From the NCBI GenBank assembly GCA_963806535.1, contig CAWDYC010000009.1, forward strand, positions 32,001 to 96,000: a stretch of DNA of 64,000 nt. Reading direction: 5' to 3'. Numbering within the stretch: the stretch's first letter is position 1; each line of letters starts with the position of its first letter. The position numbers and the translations under genes are program-made. This document shows positions 52,507-61,014 of this stretch, piece after piece. The notes below the pieces were generated by a model. The model ran no database searches. It was not told the origin of the DNA and saw nothing but the letters and a program-made list of their open reading frames with translations. The DNA is from Candidatus Bathyarchaeota archaeon (lineage in GTDB: Archaea > Thermoproteota > Bathyarchaeia > Bathyarchaeales > Bathycorpusculaceae).

Positions 52507-53433
52507 TCAGGGTGAGATTTTTTCGATGACTTTTTTGAGAAATGACTGGAAGCTATCCAAAAACTTGCCGAATTCTTCTCCATCAATCTCCCGAAGCAAT
52601 AATCGCTTTTCTTCTCCCCATCTAAATGGCTTTGAAGCCACGATGGCTTTCTTTGCCTCAAAATTCTCCTTATACTTCTGATAGGCACCAAGTGCAAAGC
52701 GGATCTTATCCACAATTGGCTCAAGCAAGTCCTCTAACTTCAGGTCATATTTCGTGCATATCAGGTAAATATCAAGAAAGTCACGCGCTTTGAATCCTTC
52801 CCTTGTGAGAATCGAGCGAACCTTCTCGCAAAGGATTTCACGCGTATCGTATACATGCAAACTAATCGTTTGGCAGTACTCTGCGTATTCCGGGAACAAA
52901 AAGGATAGCTCGTCACTTTGCGTGCATTGCAAAGTGCTAAGCTTACCATTCTGTGGTGCAAAGATTAGTTTCTCAACGAAGTTCATCTGGACTTTAACAA
53001 AGCTTTCTACGTTTAGTGTCTCCGCTCGGTACCATATCTTGAATGTGCACATCTTGTTGCTTCCGCCAAGCTCGACATAGTGCCTGTCCTGCTTATCACA
53101 TTTGAAATCTAGCGCTCTCTTCTTTGCTATTCCTTCAAAAATTGACCCCACTTTGTCAATGGTCTCCGAAAGCAATCCCCGAATTTTAGTCTGGGATTTG
53201 CCCTCGTAAACGCTTTGATCTTTCCAGGTAAAGTCTATGTCTTCTGAGAATCTGTAGTAGTCGAGGTAGCATTTGGTCAAACAGGTACCTCCTTTGAAGA
53301 CAAAGTTGTTGGAAAAGAACTCATCTTGCGAAAGGTCTGTTAATATTTGATGGAGAATCAAATCTTTCTCCAGTAAGTCTGCCTGCTCAACGCCATTTTG
53401 CCTTGCAACCTCTGTTACAAAGTCTTTTCTCAT
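52507..53433 (-). CDS. abiEii: AbiEii-family nucleotidyltransferase toxin (type IV TA)
   Basis: EKD, FKGGTCL, RFSEDIDF, EKVRSIL, KARDFLDI. Confidence 0.92.
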   Translation of the reverse strand: MRKDFVTEVARQNGVEQADLLEKDLILHQILTDLSQDEFFSNNFVFKGGTCLTKCYLDYYRFSEDIDFTWKDQSVYEGKSQTKIRGLLSETIDKVGSIFEGIAKKRALDFKCDKQDRHYVELGGSNKMCTFKIWYRAETLNVESFVKVQMNFVEKLIFAPQNGKLSTLQCTQSDELSFLFPEYAEYCQTISLHVYDTREILCEKVRSILTREGFKARDFLDIYLICTKYDLKLEDLLEPIVDKIRFALGAYQKYKENFEAKKAIVASKPFRWGEEKRLLLREIDGEEFGKFLDSFQSFLKKVIEKISP

Positions 53434-54083
53434 GCAAGTACCTTATGCTTATGTGCTATTTCGAGTGCGATTTCCTGGGCTGTCTTTGGATAATTCTTCG
53501 AATATTCAATGAGTCTGGATGCCGATAAATTGATTGACCAATCGCCAATATCAGCAATTATCCGGTCCCTTGGGATCCCGTTATAGCGCCACATGTAAAT
53601 GAAATCTAAAATGGTTTTTTCAGGATCTGAATAAGATAGGGCATCCTTAGTTATGATTCCGAAATTGAAAAGTGAAGATTTTAGCTTCATAAATCGGAAC
53701 TTATGCCCTGAAATCTTCATCGGGTTTATGCGCAGCATTTTATCGTTGACTACATAATCGATAGAAAAATATTCATGCGTCATGTTGTTTAGCTTCAATG
53801 CCGAGTAGAGACCTAAATACCAGTTCTTAACATCTTTTAATTCTAAGCCCTTGGCGACAAGCTCTAGATAGCTGTACTTTGTTGTCCCTAGCTTCATCTC
53901 GTCTAAGGACTTAACGTAGAAGATGCCTCTGAAAATGCGTATAAAGTGACCGCGCGTAACAAAATGGTCGATTGCTGACTCATAATCAAGATTCAGTTGT
54001 TTGCAATAGCTCTTGAGTTCCTCTGATGTCACTATCTCTTTCTTTTCGAGCCGCAATTTCTTTAGCAAAAGGCTTGTTTTCAT
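53430..54083 (-). CDS. abiEi: AbiEi-family antitoxin/regulator
   Basis: RIFRGIFY wHTH wing, YLGLYSAL, SDPEKTILD; ATGA-coupled to abiEii. Confidence 0.82.
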   Translation of the reverse strand: MKTSLLLKKLRLEKKEIVTSEELKSYCKQLNLDYESAIDHFVTRGHFIRIFRGIFYVKSLDEMKLGTTKYSYLELVAKGLELKDVKNWYLGLYSALKLNNMTHEYFSIDYVVNDKMLRINPMKISGHKFRFMKLKSSLFNFGIITKDALSYSDPEKTILDFIYMWRYNGIPRDRIIADIGDWSINLSASRLIEYSKNYPKTAQEIALEIAHKHKVLA

Positions 54084-54297
54084 TTATATTACAACCATGC
54101 ATTTTTTGCAGTATTATGATATATATCACAGTAGCAGTATTTAAATTAGGGTTTTCGCAACACTCGACCACATCGACGGCACAAACGACGGTTCAAACCT
54201 AAAAGTGAAACCGCCACAAAAGCAGTATATGAGGCGCCTTCATAACGCCCGAATAGCGAAAAACTCTCCAAAACAAGCTCCGACAAGGGTGATTTTA

Positions 54298-54325
54298 TGG
54301 TCGGGAGAGCAGGATTTAAACCTGC
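54298..54325 (-). repeat. 28-bp copy of the tRNA-Tyr 3' end (att site), one mismatch
   Basis: tggtcgggagagcaggatttaaacctgc versus tggtcgggagagcaggatttgaacctgc at 59761-59788. Confidence 0.9.
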
Positions 54326-54331
54326 ACCACC

Positions 54332-55213
54332 TTACTTTTTTTGGCGACGCTTCTTAACCATCAATACGGCCAGTATAATGATTGAACCGACAATCGCCGC
54401 TATACCGAGTACATATCCCCAATCAACAAAAATCCGAGCTGGCCCAAAATCGACGTTTGTGCTGCCGAACTCAGCCGATTGAAAGTTATCGGCTATGCCT
54501 AATGCTTTGAGCAGGGGTTCATGATTTACTGTACCGTAGAGGAAAAGACCCGTGTCATACTCGTAACCAAAGAGATTATTGATTGTAGAGATGTCTTGTC
54601 CATCGATCTTGCCTACCATGTTTTCAAGCATGAAAGTGCGTTGTGCCCCCTGGTTCGCCGTTTTATACACAGTAGTATCGCCACCATATGAGGTGCTTAC
54701 ATTTGCGGTTGCCCTATCGGGAGGTAAATCCCAAAACACGACTTCTGCTCCGTCTGCGGGGCTGGAAGGCATCCACATGCGCGTTGTTCCAATCACGGTG
54801 CCGTTTTGCAGGTAAACGCTGCGGCTGGCGGTGTTTACGTTCACTGTGGCTGACGTGTAAAAGTTGTCGCTTGACAGGTCGGATGTAATTGTGTATGTGA
54901 CGTTTAGTGTTGCTGTGTTGCCATCTAGCCGGATGCATTCCCAGCGAAGTGTTGCTGAAGTAGCGTTTTTGTAGTCATGGAAACTATTGTTGAGAAACAT
55001 CAACTGTGAAACTATATAGGAAGTGCCCTCTTTGTGCATTTCTGAAAAAGGGAAAGTGTAGGTTGCATATGTGCCTGCCTTCATCCAGTTAGGGGCAAGA
55101 AAGCTTGTGGATTCGACTTGGGCGGCGCATGAGAGAGCAGACAAAGACAGCAGCAGAAGCGCCAGTACCGCGGCAGTAATAGTGCTCTTCTTTTTAGGTA
55201 ACCTCGTTTCAAT
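54332..55213 (-). CDS. Exported protein with C-terminal TM anchor (paralog 2); start uncertain
   Basis: Signal-like stretch continues in frame to ATT 55213 behind GGAGG; 'PNWMKAGTYATY', 'YEYDTGL', TM plus basic tail. Confidence 0.7.
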   Translation of the reverse strand: METRLPKKKSTITAAVLALLLLSLSALSCAAQVESTSFLAPNWMKAGTYATYTFPFSEMHKEGTSYIVSQLMFLNNSFHDYKNATSATLRWECIRLDGNTATLNVTYTITSDLSSDNFYTSATVNVNTASRSVYLQNGTVIGTTRMWMPSSPADGAEVVFWDLPPDRATANVSTSYGGDTTVYKTANQGAQRTFMLENMVGKIDGQDISTINNLFGYEYDTGLFLYGTVNHEPLLKALGIADNFQSAEFGSTNVDFGPARIFVDWGYVLGIAAIVGSIIILAVLMVKKRRQKK

Positions 55214-55225
55214 TGCCTCCTCGCC

Positions 55226-56168
55226 CTATCTTCTTCGATGGCGCCTCACAATCATCAATACAGCGATTGCTACGATTGCACCTACAACCGCCCCTACACC
55301 GAGCCAATAGCTCCAATTAATAACAGCCCGTGCTGGTCCCATATCGACGTTTGTGGTTAGGGAGTTGAAAGGATCATAGATGTTTATGCCTAACGCGACA
55401 TGTATGGGTTCGAACGTGAAGTCATTGCCGCCGCCATCAACCATGAGACCCGTATCGTACTCATACGTGGCGGTTCCAAAGAAGCCCACCTTGTTGGTGT
55501 CCTTCCCGTTTATCGTACCAGCCACATTTGCAAGCTGAAAGGCGGTTTGGGCACCCTGCGGTGTTTCTGATGTCCATATGTTGTCGCCGTTAGGTATCTT
55601 TGTGGTGACGTTTGCGGTTACTTTGTCGGGCGGCATGTCCCAAAGCATGACTTCTTGCCCTTCTGCAGGACTGGATGGCAGCCAAAGATTTGTGGTTCCG
55701 ATAAGAGTGCCGTTTTGTAAGTATACGCTGCGGCTGGCGGTGTTCACATCAACTATGGCTGATGTGTAAAAGTTGTCGCTTGGAAGGTCAGAGTTAATGG
55801 TGTATGTGACGTTTAGTGTTGCCATATCTCCGCTTAGCTGGATGCATTCCCAGCGAAGAGCCACTGAAGTAACATTATTGTACTCGATTCCAATGCCATC
55901 AGTGCTATTTAGAAAATTCACATAAACAGATTTAGAGGTGTCTAAAACTCCATTTTGTATATGACATGCCCATCGGGGTTAAGTCGTAGTTTACGTATGT
56001 GCCTTCTTTCATCCAGCTTGGCGCCAGAAGGCTGGAAGATTGGGCTGTGCAGGCTGCGATGGGCACTAAAAGTATTAGGAGCGCCACTGCGGCGGCTGGC
56101 ACTACAACGCCTTTTGTGGACTGCGCTTTGTTTTCGGCCTCTGCTTCCTCTGGAGATGAGCCCTGCAA
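55226..56168 (-). CDS. Exported protein with C-terminal TM anchor (paralog 1), frameshift at ~55930; possibly fused to the upstream gene
   Basis: 'PSWMKEGTYVNY', 'LRWECI', 'VNTASRSVYLQNGT', 'YEYDTGL' shared with paralog 2. Confidence 0.65.
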
Positions 56169-56667
56169 TGGTGACTACTGCCCCCAACGCAGTGATGCCC
56201 AGTGATGCATACAGCAGGTCAGTTTCAATTCCGTATCCCGAGTACTCTATGAGATATTCTACTGCTTCTTTGGATGGATTATGGACAAGCAACATATAGT
56301 TGTCTCTACTATTGAGATGGAAAGTTACAACCTGCTGCTTTACCCCCTCGAAGGAACAAGCCGGCGCAAGCGTACCCTCAGTATTCCATAGCCGTATACC
56401 TTCTGAATTCAACACGTAAACGTCGAGTGTTCCATTAGATTTTACATCCATTCGAAAGTCACGTGGAACCTGGAAGTATGCGCCAAACGCTCCAGAGCTG
56501 CCAGTATTTCCTCTTGGACTCCAATCATCTGGCGCTAAACCATCAAACCCACTGCCAATTGAGCCACCACCTCCCTCTTTGGTGCTTCTATAGAGGGTGC
56601 CTACCAAGAAAGAGAGCCCGATCACTATGATTAGTATGCCTGTTTTGGTTAAACGGTTCATTTTCAT
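55942..56667 (-). CDS. Two-TM membrane protein with extracellular beta domain; 3' end probably frameshifted
   Basis: N-terminal TM, 'LDVYVLNSEG', 'YMLLVHN', second TM 'LYASLGITALGAVVTIAGLI'. Confidence 0.6.
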   Translation of the reverse strand: MKMNRLTKTGILIIVIGLSFLVGTLYRSTKEGGGGSIGSGFDGLAPDDWSPRGNTGSSGAFGAYFQVPRDFRMDVKSNGTLDVYVLNSEGIRLWNTEGTLAPACSFEGVKQQVVTFHLNSRDNYMLLVHNPSKEAVEYLIEYSGYGIETDLLYASLGITALGAVVTIAGLISRGSRGRKQSAVHKRRCSASRRSGAPNTFSAHRSLHSPIFQPSGAKLDERRHIRKLRLNPDGHVIYKMEF

Positions 56668-56668
56668 T

Positions 56669-57406
56669 TTAGTCAACCTCCATAACACGGGTGAAGTACA
56701 CATAGGACCCCCCGATTAAGACCCCAAAAGCTACGAATGGTATCAAAACTGCCAGCAGCGTGTCGTTTGCTGTAACGCCGGTCGTACCGGGAATAGGTGG
56801 CATACCGTGTAGTTGTTGGCCAAAGTATTGGAGAAGATAATATACTCTACCTTCAGCTGACAGAACATTGTTGTATCCGAGAATGCTGTCGAGGCCGAAC
56901 AGCAACAGGACAGTAGCTAAAATCGACATGATTTCATTTTTCGTCACCATCGATATGCCAACAGCCACAGAACATGATAACATTAGCTCTAATAGTAAAC
57001 CGAACAGCGTCAGAAAGACCAGCGGATCAAAGGCAGCTATACCATCGATGTAAACATGCAGATAGTATATTGGAATGTATATTGCAAAAACTACAAGGAA
57101 TAGGGCTGTAAATTTGGAGAGGAAAAGCTCAGAACGCTTAATTGGGTAGGACAGCATGAGTTTTGTTTCGCCTCTGCCGATGCTGCCAGCGTAACTACGC
57201 GCAAAGAATGCGCCTGCAACCAGAGCCAAAATGAGCAATACTGTGCCTGAACCAAAAAACAGGTTGTAGTACGGGGTGGGCGGACTGAAGTAGGTATAAC
57301 TCAGTGTAGCGATGATTGCCGATGCAACAAGAAAAATTAGCAGGGGCAAGCTTAGGTATTCTTCTATTTCCCAGCGTATTAAGCCCAAAAACTTGTGCTG
57401 CGCCAT
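56669..57406 (-). CDS. ABC-2 type permease
   Basis: 'GETKLMLSYPIKRSELFLSKF'; about six TM helices. Confidence 0.85.
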   Translation of the reverse strand: MAQHKFLGLIRWEIEEYLSLPLLIFLVASAIIATLSYTYFSPPTPYYNLFFGSGTVLLILALVAGAFFARSYAGSIGRGETKLMLSYPIKRSELFLSKFTALFLVVFAIYIPIYYLHVYIDGIAAFDPLVFLTLFGLLLELMLSCSVAVGISMVTKNEIMSILATVLLLFGLDSILGYNNVLSAEGRVYYLLQYFGQQLHGMPPIPGTTGVTANDTLLAVLIPFVAFGVLIGGSYVYFTRVMEVD

Positions 57407-57407
57407 T

Positions 57408-58328
57408 TTAGCTGCCTCCTGCGGTTTTTGCGTAGATTTCATCTATGGTGCCTAGCATGTGTTGGAAGGTTTTTAGTTGCAGTTTGAGGTTAGCGGCGAT
57501 TTTGGGGACTTCGGTGTAGAATGCCGCTTCGTCTTTTACGTGGCAGTATATGATGTCGTTTTCCACCCAGACTTTTTCGATGTATGCAGCGGTTTTTAAT
57601 TTGTCAACGAGCAGCTGTGTGTTGGAGACTACGATTTTGTATGTGTTCGCCGAATACTTCGCTGATAAGTCATTTATGGGGCCTTGGTCAACAATTTTGC
57701 CGCTGTCTATGATTGATAGATAGGTGCATACTTTTTCTAAATCGCTCAAGATATGCGTTGATATCAAAAAGCTGATACCGTGTTCTTTGTTCATCTCTTT
57801 TATTATACCGAGAAGTGTTGCGCGGCCAATGGGGTCAATATTGGCGGTGGGTTCATCGAGAATGGCGAGTTCGGGGTCGCTTATTAATGCTTGGGCTAAG
57901 CCTAAACGGCGAATCATGCCTGCCGAGTATGCTTTGATGGGTTTCTCCCGTGCATCCCACAACCCCACAGCCTTCAATTGAGCATTAATTCGTTCCTCAG
58001 CCTGTGAGATGCCATAAATCCGCGCTACATGCTCAAGGTAACGTTTGCCATTGAAGCTACCTGGGTATGCGTTGGTTTCATGCATGACACCTAATTTGCT
58101 TCTGATCTTGTAGCTGTCCGTCCATGAATCTAAACCAAAAACGGTGGCTTTACCGCTCGCGGGTCTAAGTAGTCCTAACAGGACTCCGATGGTTGTGGTT
58201 TTGCCTGCGCCGTTTCTGCCTACAAAGCCAGCTATTCCCGGTGGCACATGTAAGTTTAGTTCTTTTAGGGCAAAATTTTTTCCAAATGATTTTGAGATCT
58301 TATCTGTGTTAACTATATTGTTACTCAA
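57408..58328 (-). CDS. ABC ATP-binding protein
   Basis: GRNGAGKTT, YSAGMIRRL, LDEPTANID, STH. Confidence 0.92.
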   Translation of the reverse strand: MSNNIVNTDKISKSFGKNFALKELNLHVPPGIAGFVGRNGAGKTTTIGVLLGLLRPASGKATVFGLDSWTDSYKIRSKLGVMHETNAYPGSFNGKRYLEHVARIYGISQAEERINAQLKAVGLWDAREKPIKAYSAGMIRRLGLAQALISDPELAILDEPTANIDPIGRATLLGIIKEMNKEHGISFLISTHILSDLEKVCTYLSIIDSGKIVDQGPINDLSAKYSANTYKIVVSNTQLLVDKLKTAAYIEKVWVENDIIYCHVKDEAAFYTEVPKIAANLKLQLKTFQHMLGTIDEIYAKTAGGS

Positions 58329-58396
58329 GCGCTGTCCCCCTTCTTACTTTAAAGGGAGTTTGTCGCCTATTAGTATTGCGCAATGTTTAAATAATA

Positions 58397-58416
58397 GTAA
58401 GCCACGAAAGGCTTAC
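58397..58416. promoter_or_regulatory. Palindromic operator upstream of the ABC operon TATA box
   Basis: GTAAGCC-acgaaa-GGCTTAC; same arms as 59639-59658. Confidence 0.75.
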
Positions 58417-58435
58417 ATAATGGCTGTTTTGGCAA

Positions 58436-59167
58436 TTAGCTCTGACCTGGCGGCTTAGCAGGCCACCCGAGATAATTACCCTCTGAGTTAAACAAATACG
58501 ACGGGTCAGGAGCTGTAGGAAAAGTAAAATGATCATTACTCCACAGGATCCCGTCCGGAGTATTAAACACGATAGTGTACAACATAGGACGCCAACTGTA
58601 TGGCCACGGATAACTTACCGTTACGTTGCATCCCCCTTGTTCACTGGTGAGGGTTGGCTGTTGCACTTCGGTTTTTGACAGCTCCGTAAGATTATACAAC
58701 TGCAAATTCACCACACCCACTGAATGTGCTCCTACAGTGAAGGATCCATCTAGCAACGCAAACAGTTTGCCATCTCGGTAAATCTCGATGGATGTTACAG
58801 TCAAATTTTGATCCCCAGTGTTAGTTAGGCTCACATTTATGTTGCCTAAATCGTCGTTGCTGCATTCGGATATTTCGCCGCCGCCATCAAATCCGTTTGA
58901 ATTGTTGGTTTCTGTTATGGCCTGATATGTTGCGTTTTGTATGTACTTTGGGCCTTCGCCTACATTAGCAATTGAAAGAATGGTGCTTGATGCTAAGACC
59001 GTGCCCTGCCCAACTATTAAGCCGGCATAGAATGGAGCTAAACTTGCAAAGATGCTGACGCTCAGTATGGCGCCGATTAAGGTGGCTGCAAGCAGTTTTT
59101 TGTGGCTGTGTTTTGGCGGCTCAGGCGGTATTCTGCACCAATCAAAGAATTTGTTGCCGATACTCAT
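58436..59167 (-). CDS. Single-TM protein with N-terminal WC motif and extracellular domain
   Basis: MSIGNKFFDWCRIPPEP, TM helix, Ig-like 'VSLTNTGDQNLTVTSIEI'; ATGA overlap with the regulator. Confidence 0.7.
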   Translation of the reverse strand: MSIGNKFFDWCRIPPEPPKHSHKKLLAATLIGAILSVSIFASLAPFYAGLIVGQGTVLASSTILSIANVGEGPKYIQNATYQAITETNNSNGFDGGGEISECSNDDLGNINVSLTNTGDQNLTVTSIEIYRDGKLFALLDGSFTVGAHSVGVVNLQLYNLTELSKTEVQQPTLTSEQGGCNVTVSYPWPYSWRPMLYTIVFNTPDGILWSNDHFTFPTAPDPSYLFNSEGNYLGWPAKPPGQS

Positions 59168-59622
59168 TCTTTATCACCTGTAATTGCGGCAAATAGTTTT
59201 TCTGCGTAATCCGAGGGTAAGCAGTCTCCTTGCAAATCTATGTTTCGTTCTTTTGCTTCTGAAATTAGTGCTTCTTTGCATTCTTGGAGTTGGTCGCAGT
59301 TTTTGCAGTCGCCCTCATGTTTGTACCAGAGTTGAATGCCGTTTTTTGTGGAGAAGGTAATTAGGGTTTTTGTTTTGAAGTGGGGACTGTATCCAAGTAA
59401 GAACCCTCTCATGGGGTTTACGGTTTGGATTTTGATTTTGTTTATTCGGGCAGTTTCTTCGAGTGATTCAGTGATTTTTAGATGAGCGATACCTATGGCT
59501 TTGTGTATTGTTTGTCGGCTCACTTGGAGTTCTCTTGCGATGCTTGCTTCTTGGAGTCCTGTGCGTTTGTATTCCCAGATTTGTAGCTGTTTTGGGGTTA
59601 GGTAGCCGATGCTTAAGCTCAT
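59164..59622 (-). CDS. Sigma70-region-4-like HTH regulator with C-terminal HxxxCxxCx5C motif
   Basis: LTPKQLQIW...ASIARELQVSRQTIHKAI; WYKHEGDCKNCDQLQEC. Confidence 0.8.
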   Translation of the reverse strand: MSLSIGYLTPKQLQIWEYKRTGLQEASIARELQVSRQTIHKAIGIAHLKITESLEETARINKIKIQTVNPMRGFLLGYSPHFKTKTLITFSTKNGIQLWYKHEGDCKNCDQLQECKEALISEAKERNIDLQGDCLPSDYAEKLFAAITGDKE

Positions 59623-59638
59623 TTTCCGCCGCCTCTGC

Positions 59639-59658
59639 GTAAGCCTTACATGGCTTAC
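59639..59658. promoter_or_regulatory. Palindromic operator between the regulator TATA box and start codon
   Basis: GTAAGCC-ttacat-GGCTTAC. Confidence 0.75.
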
Positions 59659-59760
59659 TTAATATTTAAGGGTAATCTTGCCGCTTGCCTACATTTGCCC
59701 ACGCTTTTTTGGCATCAGAACCCAAAAATTTCAATCAACAAGCACATCAAGACAAGTTTT

Positions 59761-59914
59761 TGGTCGGGAGAGCAGGATTTGAACCTGCGACGGCTCGGTA
59801 TCTGTGGCCTGTGCAGGCTAGAATAAAGCCTACCATGGGTAGACCTCTACAGCGTCTCCGCAGGCTAAGCGTGTTAGCCAGCTCGAGAGCTCTGCCAGGC
59901 TGAGCTACCTCCCG
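59761..59914 (-). tRNA. trnY: tRNA-Tyr(GTA) with two introns (30 nt at 30/31: 59883-59854; 47 nt at 37/38: 59846-59800), CCA encoded
   Basis: Spliced 77-nt cloverleaf CGGGAGG TA GCTC AGCCTGGCA GAGC T CTCGG CTGTAGA CCGAG CCGTC GCAGG TTCAAAT CCTGC TCTCCCG ACCA; C1:G72 and A73 Tyr identity; both introns form BHB motifs. Confidence 0.92.
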
Positions 59915-60047
59915 ACAAAGTCCATAAGGATAAGAGCAAAGAATTTATGTTTTTTGGCATACACCCATTTGTCCAGTCATACTAAACATTTTAATCTATT
60001 AGCAAGAATGTTTTAGATTGATTTTGAAGAGAAAAGAGGCATAGTTT

Positions 60048-61014
60048 ATGGTTAAAACCATTGGCGTTGTTACATCGGGCGGCGATGCACCAGGAATGAA
60101 CGCTGCCATTCGAGCGGTAACAAGGATCAGCCACGCTAAAGGCTTTCAAGTTATAGGTTTCGAAAGAGGATGGGATGGATTATTAACTAACTCGTTCAAG
60201 AAGCTTACGCCTCGCAGTGTGGGCGGCATAATTCAGTTAGGCGGAACCATACTGCATACGTTGCGGTGTCCAGGTTTTGAAGAGCAAGGCGCTGTTAGAG
60301 AAGGCTGCAGAAACCTTGTCAATTAATAATGTTGATGGTTTAGTCGTTATCGGCGGCGACGGCTCATTTAGAGGTGCTTTAGATTTAGGCAAAGAAACTG
60401 ATGCTTTGATGGTTGGTATACCTGCTACAATAGACAATGATGTGTGTGGAACAGATGAAACAATAGGCTTTGACACAGCAGTCAACACAGCAGTAAGCAC
60501 TATTGACAAAATCAGAGACACAGCAATTTCTCATGAACGAATATTTATTGTTGAAGTTATGGGTAGAAAGAGAGGATTCTTAGCGTTGGAAGTGGGCATT
60601 TGTGTTGGTGCAGAAGTGATTTTGATTCCTGAGAAACCCACAAGCGTTGCTGATATCGTGAGGTTGATGGAGGAAAACGCGAAGAAAGGCAAAAGAGCCG
60701 GAATAATAGTTGCGGCAGAAGGCTGTGGCAGCACAAGCAAACTTGCCTTGGAAATGCAGCAGCAAACAGAATCTGAAGTTAGGCTTTCGATTCTTGGGTA
60801 TGCCCAGCGGGGTGGGAGTCCAACGACGCGCAGCAGGTTACTTGCCAGTTTATTTGCGGAGAAAGCCGTTGATTTAATCTGTCAGGGAAAAAGCAATATG
60901 GCGGTTGGACTGCAAAAAGGTGTAATTGCTGGTTACGATCTTGAGACGGCAGCTAATGGTAAGAAGCCGATTGATTTAAGGTTGCTTCAAGTAGCAGATA
61001 TGCTTGCAACATAA
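60048..61014 (+). CDS. pfkA: ATP-dependent 6-phosphofructokinase (PfkA family), frameshift at ~60277
   Basis: TSGGDAPGMNAAIR, GGDGS, PATIDND, VEVMGR, LGYAQRGG. Confidence 0.9.

Larger units (their letters stand above)
50431..54297. mobile_element. Outer tRNA-Tyr-integrated islet (defence-type cargo, no integrase)
   Basis: Bounded by tRNA 3'-end copies at 50431 and 54298; carries the NTase operon and AbiE. Confidence 0.55.
54298..59788. mobile_element. Inner tRNA-Tyr-integrated islet (regulator, ABC transporter, surface proteins; no integrase)
   Basis: Flanked by 28-bp direct repeats; all cargo on the minus strand. Confidence 0.75.

Noticed and set aside
58397-58416. Palindrome as a simple terminator for the upstream gene
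   Set aside because: It has no U-tract, and the same arms with a different spacer recur at the regulator promoter, which favours a protein-binding site.
59685-59903. Plus-strand ORF containing 'VGRAGFEPA' (and 54297..54482 with 'VGRAGFKPA') as a split SSV-type integrase
   Set aside because: The peptide is the antisense translation of the tRNA/att sequence, and no tyrosine-recombinase catalytic fragment follows any att copy.
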